Below are positions 9,653 to 19,819 of a stretch of DNA of 64,000 bases, piece by piece (within the stretch, counting starts at the first letter, position 1; each line of letters opens with the position of its first letter). The DNA comes from an uncultured Subdoligranulum sp. (lineage in GTDB: Bacteria; Bacillota; Clostridia; Christensenellales; CAG-314): contig CABUZX010000006.1 of assembly GCA_902496185.1 (NCBI GenBank), positions 1,143 through 65,142 on the forward strand, given 5' to 3'. The notes under the pieces were generated by a model. The model made no database searches. It was not told the DNA's origin and saw only the letters and a program-made list of their open reading frames with translations. The position numbers were made by a program, and so were the translations under genes.

Positions 9653-11440
9653 TTATTTTTTAGAAATTGCGCCGAATTTGCAATTATCCATACAGACGCC
9701 ACATTTAATACATTTTGTCGTGTCAATAGTATGCGCAACTTTAACTTCGCCACTGATTGCATTTACTGGGCAGTTACGTTTACACAACGTACAACCCTTA
9801 CATTTTACTGGATCAATTTCAAAGTGCAACAACGCTTTACATACGCCTGCAGGGCAACGGTGTTCTTTAATGTGAGCTTCGTATTCTTCTCTAAAGTAAC
9901 GGAGTGTAGAAAGAACAGGGTTTGGAGCTGTTTGTCCAAGTCCGCACAAAGAGTTGTCCTTTATGTAGTAACAGAGTTTTTCCATCTCGTCCAAATCTTC
10001 CATCGTAGCTTTGCCACTGGTTATTTTATTGAGATATTCCAACAAACGCTTGTTACCGATACGGCACGGCGTACATTTACCGCAACTTTCGTCAACTGTA
10101 AATTCAAGGAAGAACTTTGCAATATCAACCATACAGTTGTCTTCGTCCATAACAATCAAGCCACCGCTACCCATCATGCTACCGATAGCAATGAGGTTGT
10201 CATAATCGATTGGAATGTCAAGATGTTCTACAGGGATACATCCACCGCTGGGGCCACCCGTTTGAGCCGCCTTAAACTTTTTACCGTTGGGGATACCACC
10301 ACCGATATCGTAAATAACTTCTCTCAAAGTTGTACCCATCGGTACTTCGACCAAACCGGTATTTTGAATTTTGCCACCCAATGCAAATACTTTTGTACCC
10401 TTTGATTTTTCGGTACCCATTTGGTTAAACCATTCTGGACCATTAAGAATAATCTTTGTAATATTTGCATAAGTTTCTACGTTATTTAAAATTGTGGGTT
10501 TTTCAAACAAACCTTTTACCGCAGGGAACGGAGGACGCGGATGCGGTTCACCACGCTTGCCCTCGATACTAGTCATAAGAGCCGTTTCTTCACCGCAAAC
10601 AAATGCGCCTGCGCCGAGACGGATTTCGAGATTAAAGTCAAAACCAGAGTCAAAGATGTTTTTGCCCAACATTCCGTATTGCTTTGCTTGATTGATAGCA
10701 ATTTGCAATCTGTTAACTGCGATAGGATATTCTGCGCGGACATAAACGTAACCTTGATGACTGCCAATTGCATAACCTGCAATTGCCATTGCTTCGATAA
10801 GGGCGTGAGGATCGCCTTCCAAAACGGATCTATCCATAAACGCGCCGGGGTCGCCTTCGTCAGCGTTACAGCAAACGTACTTAACTGCGTTTTTGCTTGC
10901 GCGAGCAAACTTCCACTTTGTACCCGTGGGGAAACCTGCGCCACCACGGCCTCTCAATCCGCTCTTAGAAATAACGTCAATAACTTCTTCAGGAGTCATT
11001 TGCGTCAAAACCTTTGCCAACGCTTGATATCCGTCTTGGCCGATATATTCTTCAATATTTTCAGGATCAATAACACCGCAGTTTTTGAGAGCTATTCTGG
11101 TTTGACGTTTCATAAATTCCGTATCGTTTAAAGAAAGAACGGGTTCTGCGTCTCCTTCTTCTTTGTGGAGCAAACGTTTTACGATTCTTCCCTTCAAAAT
11201 ATGCTCTCCAACGATTTCTTTAACGTCTTCTACCTTAACTGAATGATAGAACGCGCCCTCAGGATAAACGACCATAATCGGACCTTGTGCGCAAAGACCA
11301 AAGCAACCGGTCATAATAACCTTAACTTCGTTATCGAGTTTTTGCAATTTAAGCTCATTTTCCAATGCTTCGATAATATCTACCGAATGGTTGGAGGTAC
11401 AACCCGTACCACCGCATACCAATATGTAACTTCTTATCAT
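9653..11440 (-). CDS. hydB: NuoF-like flavoprotein subunit of bifurcating hydrogenase (HydB)
   Basis: 595 aa. Thioredoxin-like N-terminal domain, an FMN/NADH site (GRGGAGFPTGTKW, ADEGDPGAF), and C-terminal CxxCxxCxxxCP ferredoxin motifs. Confidence 0.9.
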   Translation of the reverse strand: MIRSYILVCGGTGCTSNHSVDIIEALENELKLQKLDNEVKVIMTGCFGLCAQGPIMVVYPEGAFYHSVKVEDVKEIVGEHILKGRIVKRLLHKEEGDAEPVLSLNDTEFMKRQTRIALKNCGVIDPENIEEYIGQDGYQALAKVLTQMTPEEVIDVISKSGLRGRGGAGFPTGTKWKFARASKNAVKYVCCNADEGDPGAFMDRSVLEGDPHALIEAMAIAGYAIGSHQGYVYVRAEYPIAVNRLQIAINQAKQYGMLGKNIFDSGFDFNLEIRLGAGAFVCGEETALMTSIEGKRGEPHPRPPFPAVKGLFEKPTILNNVETYANITKIILNGPEWFNQMGTEKSKGTKVFALGGKIQNTGLVEVPMGTTLREVIYDIGGGIPNGKKFKAAQTGGPSGGCIPVEHLDIPIDYDNLIAIGSMMGSGGLIVMDEDNCMVDIAKFFLEFTVDESCGKCTPCRIGNKRLLEYLNKITSGKATMEDLDEMEKLCYYIKDNSLCGLGQTAPNPVLSTLRYFREEYEAHIKEHRCPAGVCKALLHFEIDPVKCKGCTLCKRNCPVNAISGEVKVAHTIDTTKCIKCGVCMDNCKFGAISKK

Positions 11441-11454
11441 TTTGTAATCCTCCG

Positions 11455-11820
11455 TTAATTAAGCTTCATAAATTCATCTACGGGCTTGCCGTTGACAATG
11501 TGTTCCGTAATGATACGAGGTACTTTATCCGGATTTACACGTACATAAGTTACCTTTTCTTTGCCGGGCACAAAAACTTCTACTATAGGTTCGTAAGCGC
11601 ACATACCGATACAGCCCGTCTGACCGACTACAACGTTTTTGAGTCCGCGGTTACTTACTTCGTCCATAAAAGCGCTGAGTACTGGACGAGCGCCTGCGGC
11701 GATACCGCAAGTTGCCATACCTATTACTACTCTAATTACGCTTTCATCAGATTCCTGACGGTTTGTGCCTTGTGCCAAGATTCTTTCTTTGATTGCATTA
11801 AGTTCTTGTAAGGATTTCAT
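11455..11820 (-). CDS. thioredoxin-like [2Fe-2S] ferredoxin-domain protein
   Basis: 121 aa. Cys pattern MATCGIAAG...GCIGMCAYEP, typical of small NuoE-fold ferredoxins in hyd operons. Confidence 0.75.
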   Translation of the reverse strand: MKSLQELNAIKERILAQGTNRQESDESVIRVVIGMATCGIAAGARPVLSAFMDEVSNRGLKNVVVGQTGCIGMCAYEPIVEVFVPGKEKVTYVRVNPDKVPRIITEHIVNGKPVDEFMKLN

Positions 11821-12374
11821 AAAATTTCTTCTCCTCCGTTTGTTGTATTTATATTTTGTTTAATATAATCCCCTAAAAACGACAGTACTTCAGGACTGTC
11901 TATATTGACGTCACCAAGAATAGCGGATACTTCCTTAGTATCAAAAACAAATTCTCGATTGTCAACCTTGTAATTTACTACCCATCTTATCTTTGGAGCG
12001 TATTGCAACAAGGTAATTATCGTACCGGTTAAATCTCCCATAGGCATACAGTCGATATTATCCGTTTTAAAAGTTGCAGTTACTTCCGTACCCTTATTTA
12101 AAACGGAAGAAATACAAAAACTCCCACCGGTACTTTCGGCGCTTTGCTTAAAAAGAGGCAAACCTAAACCTACTTTACGAGTTGTGCGACTTGTAGTAAA
12201 TGGATCACATACTCTTGAAAGCATTTCTTCACTCATACCGCAACCGTCGTCTTTGATTGACAAAGTTAAAAGCTTGCCGACAATATCGTAAATAATTGTC
12301 AATTCTATTTTGGTGGCTTTTGCAGTAATACTATTTGTTGCCACGTCCAACAGATTCAATGATAGTTCTTTCAT
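11817..12374 (-). CDS. GHKL-type ATP-binding protein (HATPase_c only, no HisKA)
   Basis: 185 aa. N-box LLDVATNSITA, G1 box KDDGCGM and G2 box GLGLPL. Overlaps both neighbours by 4 nt. Confidence 0.65.
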   Translation of the reverse strand: MKELSLNLLDVATNSITAKATKIELTIIYDIVGKLLTLSIKDDGCGMSEEMLSRVCDPFTTSRTTRKVGLGLPLFKQSAESTGGSFCISSVLNKGTEVTATFKTDNIDCMPMGDLTGTIITLLQYAPKIRWVVNYKVDNREFVFDTKEVSAILGDVNIDSPEVLSFLGDYIKQNINTTNGGEEIL

Positions 12375-13081
12375 TTGCTTTTGTTTTGCAAAAAGTCAAA
12401 CAACGCATCAATGCTTTTTTCTCTCAAATCCAGAAAAAACTCAAAAGAACAAAGAGTTTCTAGACAATGCGCGTCGCTACTTTTTAAAATATTGTATTTT
12501 GCGGAATACTTTTTAATCAATTCCTCGCTTGCCCGTGAAGAAAGTTCCACCGCGCAAAAATCCAAATCGTTTGGAATATCACCGAGAATCGCTAACATAC
12601 TGTTTGCATCTCTATCGATATGCGCGGGGAGCATTAATCCGCCAAGTTGCTCCACCTTTTGTTTAAGTTCATAAACGTCCAAATGACAAGCAAGATTTAA
12701 AAAATGCGGAATAGTTTGCACGACCTGGTCAGACTCGTCCAACACCCTTTGAGGAGCGTAAAACCTGTCGTCCAAGGGAAACTTGGGTAAATTCCGTTCT
12801 ATTTCATCCGCCAAAATCAGTCCGTTTTGCAATTCTTTAAACAAGCAAAGACAATGCACGTCTTCCGCCGAAGTAACTTCCATTGCAGGTACAAAAATCA
12901 TACCTGCTTGTTTAGCAAGTTTTGCTCCGACGCGACAGTTTGCCATAGAATTGTGGTCCGCAAAAGCAATAAAATCTTTGTTCAACAATTGACACATATT
13001 GACAAGGTTATTGACGGTATTGTCATCTTGACAACATCCGCTTAAAACCGTATGAATATGTAAGTCAACGTTCATTTTCAT
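12371..13081 (-). CDS. PHP-domain phosphoesterase
   Basis: 236 aa. Contains DLHIHT, ADHNS, AMEVTS, PAHIDR and SSDAH metal-ligand motifs. Confidence 0.7.
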   Translation of the reverse strand: MKMNVDLHIHTVLSGCCQDDNTVNNLVNMCQLLNKDFIAFADHNSMANCRVGAKLAKQAGMIFVPAMEVTSAEDVHCLCLFKELQNGLILADEIERNLPKFPLDDRFYAPQRVLDESDQVVQTIPHFLNLACHLDVYELKQKVEQLGGLMLPAHIDRDANSMLAILGDIPNDLDFCAVELSSRASEELIKKYSAKYNILKSSDAHCLETLCSFEFFLDLREKSIDALFDFLQNKSK

Positions 13082-13398
13082 TTTTGTTGTAAATCAATAA
13101 TCGTCTGATAAATCGGCGTACTTACACCCAGCAAGCAAACGTTTTGTTGTTTTGCGCGTTGTAACAACGCGTCGTCGGGTTTGACGCCCTCGCACAAAAT
13201 CACACAAGCGCAATCAATAAGGGTTGCGACTGCCAACACGTTTACATTGCTCATAATTGTGAGCCAACAACATTCTTGTGGCGCGTTGCCCATAACAAAA
13301 CTAAGCAAGTCGCCGACGTACCAAGATTGAATTTCCTTTTCTTCACCCTCGCAAAAAACCGTTGCGGAAAGCAAAGTAGATAGTTGTTTATTTGTCAT
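13078..13398 (-). CDS. DRTGG-domain protein (second copy)
   Basis: 106 aa. Paralogous in length and pattern to the 15089..15433 product. Overlaps both neighbours. Confidence 0.55.
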   Translation of the reverse strand: MTNKQLSTLLSATVFCEGEEKEIQSWYVGDLLSFVMGNAPQECCWLTIMSNVNVLAVATLIDCACVILCEGVKPDDALLQRAKQQNVCLLGVSTPIYQTIIDLQQK

Positions 13399-14632
13399 CT
13401 TTGTGTATTATACATTTTTTTCGGTCAAATTTACCCAAAACCACGTCTTCTGCAAAATCTCTACAAGTAGGACTACCGCAAAGCCCACAATCAAGCATAG
13501 GCAAGGTTGACAAAACTTCCTCTACTTGTTTCATTTTTTGCATAGCTATTATAAAATTTTTGTCAAGCTTATAAACGTCGTTCGTCTCCCACTTAAACGG
13601 AATCTTATAATAATCCAGATCTTTATCGAGAGTATCGGTATGATTGGTTTTGTTTAAAAACGCCGTACGACGCAAGGTATGTATTTTGCTTTTTGCAACG
13701 AAAGTGTTTATTACGTTCATTACGCCACCAACGCAACCGCTGTGACAAGCAAGCAATTCTACAAAATTTATATCGCGGAGATTGCCGTCTTCCAACTCTC
13801 TTAAGATTGAAATAACGTTAAATATCCCGTCGGCTGCCAACTGCTTTGTGTTAGGAAAACTCGCCGCTTCACCACCACTTGTAGCCCATGAAACACCTTG
13901 GGAAGAAGCTACTACCTCTTGCGAAATTTCTACGTCTTTTGCATCAACCAAAGTAAGTTTTTTAAAAATCTCCGAAACGGAAATAGCTCCGTTTATTTCG
14001 TGAAAACCGCTATAAAAACCGTTTTTTATCGCCTGAACGTTTGCAGGACACGGTGAAATATAAAACACGCCGATATCTTTGTCCGACAAACCGCTCAGTT
14101 CCCTTGCTTTGCACCTTGCTTCTTTACCCGCAAGACACAACGGCGCAAGATGATCTATAAGATTGTCTTCCAATGATTGGTATTTGCTTAATATGAGTTG
14201 TACACACGCAGGACACACAGTAGAAATTACAGGACCTTTGACGTCTTCACACACAAACATTTCTCTCTTGAGCATAGACAAAAGGTCACAAGCGCGCGCT
14301 TCCTCGTAAACGTAATTAAAGCCAATATTATGCAAAGCATTTAAAATTAGCTCCGGCGTAAAGAGATGCGGAAACTGAGCATAAAGACAACTCGACATAA
14401 TTGCAACGTTGTACTTATATTTGTTTAAAATAGTTATATCATCACTCAACGCTATTATAGCGTGCGAAGGACAAGACTTTATACAACTACCGCAACTAAT
14501 GCACTTTTGATAATCTATTGAAGCTTTTCCGTCGCAAATCCGAATAGCGCCAGTGGGGCACGTCTTTAAACAGTTGGTACACCCCAAGCACTTGCTTTTA
14601 TCCGGATAAATAGCGTGAAAATCTTTGTTCAT
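13388..14632 (-). CDS. hydrogenase-like sensor candidate: 2x[4Fe-4S] + Fe_hyd_lg_C-like core + C-terminal CxxCGxxxC Fe-S domain
   Basis: 414 aa. Contains CLGCTNCLKTCP and CISCGSCIKSCP ferredoxin motifs. H-cluster-like motifs are STVCPAC, SPCPANVQA and ELLACHSGCVGG. C-terminal DCGLCGSPTCRDFAEDV. Confidence 0.75.
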   Translation of the reverse strand: MNKDFHAIYPDKSKCLGCTNCLKTCPTGAIRICDGKASIDYQKCISCGSCIKSCPSHAIIALSDDITILNKYKYNVAIMSSCLYAQFPHLFTPELILNALHNIGFNYVYEEARACDLLSMLKREMFVCEDVKGPVISTVCPACVQLILSKYQSLEDNLIDHLAPLCLAGKEARCKARELSGLSDKDIGVFYISPCPANVQAIKNGFYSGFHEINGAISVSEIFKKLTLVDAKDVEISQEVVASSQGVSWATSGGEAASFPNTKQLAADGIFNVISILRELEDGNLRDINFVELLACHSGCVGGVMNVINTFVAKSKIHTLRRTAFLNKTNHTDTLDKDLDYYKIPFKWETNDVYKLDKNFIIAMQKMKQVEEVLSTLPMLDCGLCGSPTCRDFAEDVVLGKFDRKKCIIHKDDK

Positions 14633-14663
14633 AGAATATCGCCTTTACTCTTGTCAAAAACCA

Positions 14664-15089
14664 TCAATCACCAAGATAAAACTTCATGGTGATGGTAGTC
14701 CCCTTTCCAACAACGGACTGAACGTCCATCTCGTCACTGTATTTTTTCATATTGGGTAAACCCATACCTGCGCCAAAGCCCATTTCCTGTATTTGTGAAG
14801 TTGCCGTAGAATAACCCTCTTTCATTGCAAGTTCGATATTTTCGATACCCTTGCCCGTGTCGGATACTACTACCGTAATACAATCGTGGTCAATTGAAAC
14901 GCTTGCTTTACCGCCATTTGCGTGAATAACCGTGTTTATTTCCGCCTCGTACATAGCGATAATAACTTTGCGTACTATAGTATTATCTATACCCAGTTGT
15001 TTCAAACGGGATTTAGTCATCTGACTTGCCTGTCCCGCCAACTCAAAGTTAGTTCCGTCTATATCGAATATCCAATTAATACCCGACAT
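14664..15089 (-). CDS. RsbW/SpoIIAB-like GHKL serine-kinase-type ATPase
   Basis: Start chosen at the ATG overlapping the upstream stop (TGATG), giving MSGINWIFD... (141 aa). N-box EAEINTVIHA, G1 box SDTGKGI and G2 box GFGAGMGL. Confidence 0.65.
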   Translation of the reverse strand: MSGINWIFDIDGTNFELAGQASQMTKSRLKQLGIDNTIVRKVIIAMYEAEINTVIHANGGKASVSIDHDCITVVVSDTGKGIENIELAMKEGYSTATSQIQEMGFGAGMGLPNMKKYSDEMDVQSVVGKGTTITMKFYLGD

Positions 15090-15433
15090 CAAAGACCCCC
15101 ACCAACTCCGGCATTGTAAAGCTTGCCACAAGCAGAAAACATTCTTTCCTCCGTTGCAAGTACTACTATACCGTTTTCGCGGGCGACGTCTAAAACCTTT
15201 TCGTCTGGCATCTTTCCCCGCACGAAACAAACGCACTTCATATCCATCATAAGCGCCGTACGCACTGCTTGCGGATTGACAAGCCCCGTAAGCAACACCG
15301 ATTGATCTTTTACGCAAGCTAAAACGTCAGACATCATATCCGAACCGCAAGCAGAAACAACGGATGTATCGAGATACTCTTCACCGCACAAAACTTTTGC
15401 ATTAAGAATAGAAGCAATTTGTCCAATTGTCAT
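15089..15433 (-). CDS. DRTGG-domain protein (first copy)
   Basis: 114 aa, with SDMMSDVL...LLTGL...VCFVRG..VVLAT pattern. Confidence 0.6.
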   Translation of the reverse strand: MTIGQIASILNAKVLCGEEYLDTSVVSACGSDMMSDVLACVKDQSVLLTGLVNPQAVRTALMMDMKCVCFVRGKMPDEKVLDVARENGIVVLATEERMFSACGKLYNAGVGGGL

Positions 15434-15452
15434 AATAAAATTACCTTAAATA

Positions 15453-15950
15453 TTAAAGATCTTTGTACTTATTTATAATGCCGTTGACTTGATCTACGGT
15501 GACTTTGCCGTAAACTTCGCCGTTGACGGTCAAAACAGGAGCAAGACCACAGCAACCTATGCAACGTGTAGCTTCAATAGAAAATTTACCGTCGGGAGTA
15601 ATACCGCCCTCTTCGATATTCAATACTTGCTTAAGCTTGTCCATAACGTCTCCGCTACCCTTTACGTAGCAAGCCGTACCCAAGCATACTGCAACGTTGT
15701 ATTTGCCCTTTGGATTAAGGCTAAATTGAGAGTAAAAAGTTGCTACACCGTAAACTTCTTCAACCGGCACGTCCAAACCCTCGGCAATGCGAGTAACTAC
15801 TTCTATCGGCAAATAACCGTAGATTTCCTGAGCGTGTTGCAATACAGGCATAACTGCGCCTCTTACGTTTTTGTGTTGAGCAATAACCTTGTCCAATTGC
15901 TTGCGTTGTTTTTCTGTTTCCTGAAAAGGAATTTGACAAATTTTACTCAT
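15453..15950 (-). CDS. hydC: NuoE-like [2Fe-2S] subunit of bifurcating hydrogenase (HydC)
   Basis: 165 aa. Contains ATFYSQF, VCLGTACYVKG and RCIGCCGLAP motifs. AGGGGGA Shine-Dalgarno sequence. Confidence 0.9.
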   Translation of the reverse strand: MSKICQIPFQETEKQRKQLDKVIAQHKNVRGAVMPVLQHAQEIYGYLPIEVVTRIAEGLDVPVEEVYGVATFYSQFSLNPKGKYNVAVCLGTACYVKGSGDVMDKLKQVLNIEEGGITPDGKFSIEATRCIGCCGLAPVLTVNGEVYGKVTVDQVNGIINKYKDL

Positions 15951-16009
15951 TTTGTCCCCCTGTAAAATAAATTAGATATGTTTTTTAGTGCTTTTTAACA
16001 CCAATTAAT

Positions 16010-16038
16010 ATTATCATAGATTTTGCTATTTTTGTCAA
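16010..16038 (-). promoter_or_regulatory. sigma-A-type promoter of the hydrogenase operon
   Basis: Minus strand reads TTGACA-17 nt-GATAAT, about 55-60 nt upstream of the hydC ATG. Confidence 0.5.
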
Positions 16039-16170
16039 CCGATTTTAAGAAAATTGAAATATTTTATTCGCCTTTTGTATAAAAATGCAGAACCATTTTT
16101 CAATATACGCCTCAACGTACTTTTATGATTAAATATTTATTCAAATCAAGCAAATTCATAAAACTAACTA

Positions 16171-16923
16171 TCAAAATTTTTCGCGTAATGACAAATTGAT
16201 CAACAACAAATCAAAGTAGGCAATCTTCAGTTCTGACGTTTTGACAACGCTTTTTTTAAGTTGGGTAAGTATGGTTTTTTGGTAAGCAAGATAACTCAAA
16301 ATATCTTGAATAATTTGTTCGGTTGAATCTCCTTTAAGTTTTTCTGCAAGCGATATAGCCTCGTCGGTAGCGTCTATCCTTTCGGAAATAACGTCGTTGA
16401 CGTCTCCCACGCTTTTTTCCTCTTTGTCATAATCCAAAGCAAGAGAAACTATCATAGACAAAGTATTCCAAAAAACTTCCGTCACTTCAACGAGCATACT
16501 TTTTGATCCGTCTGAAAAAGTAAGTTTTTTTTGCGGTAAATCCCACTCGTAAACGTACGCGCTTTCGCCCGCTTCAAGCAAGTTGTTGGCTATTGTGTTG
16601 GCGTCGGTTTTAGACAAATAAAGAGCTGCAAACACCATAAAATTATTTCCGTCCTGATAAATCCCACCTGCTCCTCCACGCGTTTTGCAAATGGAAGAAT
16701 AATAATTTGCCGAGCTTTCCGTCACGAAACTTCCGATTGCCACCCCATAAACGGTTTGCTTTTTCAAAACCACCGATTTGCTTTTGAATAAAAAGGAACA
16801 AAAAAACACCAAGATTAAAATAATCAACAAAGTTATTGCAATGGTTTTTACTCTGCTGTAAAAACTTTTGGATTTTTCCCTGACAGGTTTTTTGCGATAA
16901 ACTTCCGTTTCGACGTATTTCAT
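16171..16923 (-). CDS. hypothetical single-pass membrane protein (possible SPOR-like domain)
   Basis: First ATG (MKYVETEVYRKK...) chosen because the TTG at 16971 lies inside the groEL terminator. One TM helix, then YGVAIGSF...MVFAALYLSKTDANTIANNL. Confidence 0.45.
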   Translation of the reverse strand: MKYVETEVYRKKPVREKSKSFYSRVKTIAITLLIILILVFFCSFLFKSKSVVLKKQTVYGVAIGSFVTESSANYYSSICKTRGGAGGIYQDGNNFMVFAALYLSKTDANTIANNLLEAGESAYVYEWDLPQKKLTFSDGSKSMLVEVTEVFWNTLSMIVSLALDYDKEEKSVGDVNDVISERIDATDEAISLAEKLKGDSTEQIIQDILSYLAYQKTILTQLKKSVVKTSELKIAYFDLLLINLSLREKF

Positions 16924-16970
16924 AATACTATGTATATTTATAGTTCTGTTTCTTTTGACTAATTGCAACA

Positions 16971-17002
16971 AAAAACCGTAAGGAATTTTCCTTACGGTTT
17001 TT
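16971..17002 (-). terminator. intrinsic terminator of groESL
   Basis: AAAAACCGTAAGG-AATTTT-CCTTACGGTTTTT, 22 nt after the groEL stop. Confidence 0.8.
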
Positions 17003-17024
17003 AAAAAGTGTTTATTTGTATTGA

Positions 17025-18948
<1,924 letters not shown>

Positions 18949-18996
18949 TTTATACCTCCATAAATTCTTAAATTATGTACTTGATTAATTATTGTT

Positions 18997-19023
18997 TTAG
19001 CACTCTTGCATGATGAGTGCTAA
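18997..19023 (-). promoter_or_regulatory. CIRCE operator (HrcA binding site)
   Basis: Perfect TTAGCACTC-N9-GAGTGCTAA between the groES promoter and its start codon. Confidence 0.9.
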
Positions 19024-19034
19024 CTCTACACATT

Positions 19035-19062
19035 ATTATATACGCCTTTTTCAGTTTGTCAA
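19035..19062 (-). promoter_or_regulatory. sigma-A-type promoter of groESL
   Basis: Minus strand reads TTGACA-16 nt-TATAAT, immediately upstream of CIRCE. Confidence 0.7.
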
Positions 19063-19214
19063 GAAAAAATTCGCAGTTTTTTAAATTTTTTTTTGGGGTT
19101 TTTTGCTTTGATTTAATTTAACAAAAAACTAAAGATAGAAATTTGGTTTTTATTGTTGTGCTGTGTCGGATTGTGTGATAAAATAACTATATTATACGTT
19201 AAAGAGGTATTATT

Positions 19215-19664
19215 ATGGATAAATGGGATAAGAGGTTTATGGATATGGCAGAAGTTGTAGCCACTTGGTCAAGCTGTTTTCAAGACAACCGCAAAATCGG
19301 CGCGGTAATAGTCAAAGACAAAAGAATTTTGACCACCGGTTATAACGGAGCGCCCAGCAACGTAAAAAGCTGTACGGAAAAACAAGAGTGCATCCGTCGC
19401 AAGCTCAACATCAAAAGCGGTACCTGCCACGAATTGTGTTACGCCGTACACGCAGAACAAAACGCCATTATTCAAGCGGCAAGATTGGGCGTTGCATTGA
19501 CGGACGCAGTGCTTTATTGCACGCATCAACCTTGCGTAATTTGCGCAAAAATGATAATAAACAGCGGCATCAAGCGCGTTGTTTTTAAACACGGCTATCC
19601 CGACGAATTTGCAATGACGCTTTTTGAAGAAGCTCAAGTCAAAGTCGAACAGTTTGTCGATTGA
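19215..19664 (+). CDS. comEB: deoxycytidylate (dCMP) deaminase
   Basis: 149 aa. Contains HAEQNAI and PCVICAKMIINSGI zinc motifs. AAGAGG Shine-Dalgarno sequence. Confidence 0.85.
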   Translation: MDKWDKRFMDMAEVVATWSSCFQDNRKIGAVIVKDKRILTTGYNGAPSNVKSCTEKQECIRRKLNIKSGTCHELCYAVHAEQNAIIQAARLGVALTDAVLYCTHQPCVICAKMIINSGIKRVVFKHGYPDEFAMTLFEEAQVKVEQFVD

Positions 19665-19701
19665 TTTTTAGTCAAATTACCAAGCAAAAAATAAAAATCG
19701 C

Positions 19702-19728
19702 GAGTGTTTTGTCGACACTCCGTTTTTT
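19702..19728 (+). terminator. probable intrinsic terminator after comEB
   Basis: GAGTGT-TTTGTCG-ACACTC followed by CGTTTTTT. The stem is short (6 bp). Confidence 0.45.
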
Positions 19729-19819
19729 GTCGACTTTTTTGACTAAAAATAAATATTTGATAGTATAATTTACAATGGTAAATTATATCCTTAATATAAT
19801 ATTTTTTTGAGAGTGTTTT

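Noticed and set aside
9731-10405. Long antisense ORFs inside real genes (for example 1589..2122 +, 9731..10405 +, 10541..11131 +, 17514..17999 +, 22508..22966 +, 30076..30540 +, 54779..55324 +).
   Set aside because: Each lies opposite a confidently identified conserved gene. They have low-complexity or odd composition, no Shine-Dalgarno sequence or promoter, and many use non-ATG starts.
14664-15317. The 217-aa form of the RsbW-like ATPase ORF, with an Arg/Gly-rich N-terminal extension.
   Set aside because: The extension overlaps the DRTGG gene in another frame and has aberrant composition. The ATG at 15089 forms a TGATG stop/start overlap with the upstream gene and begins the conserved domain.
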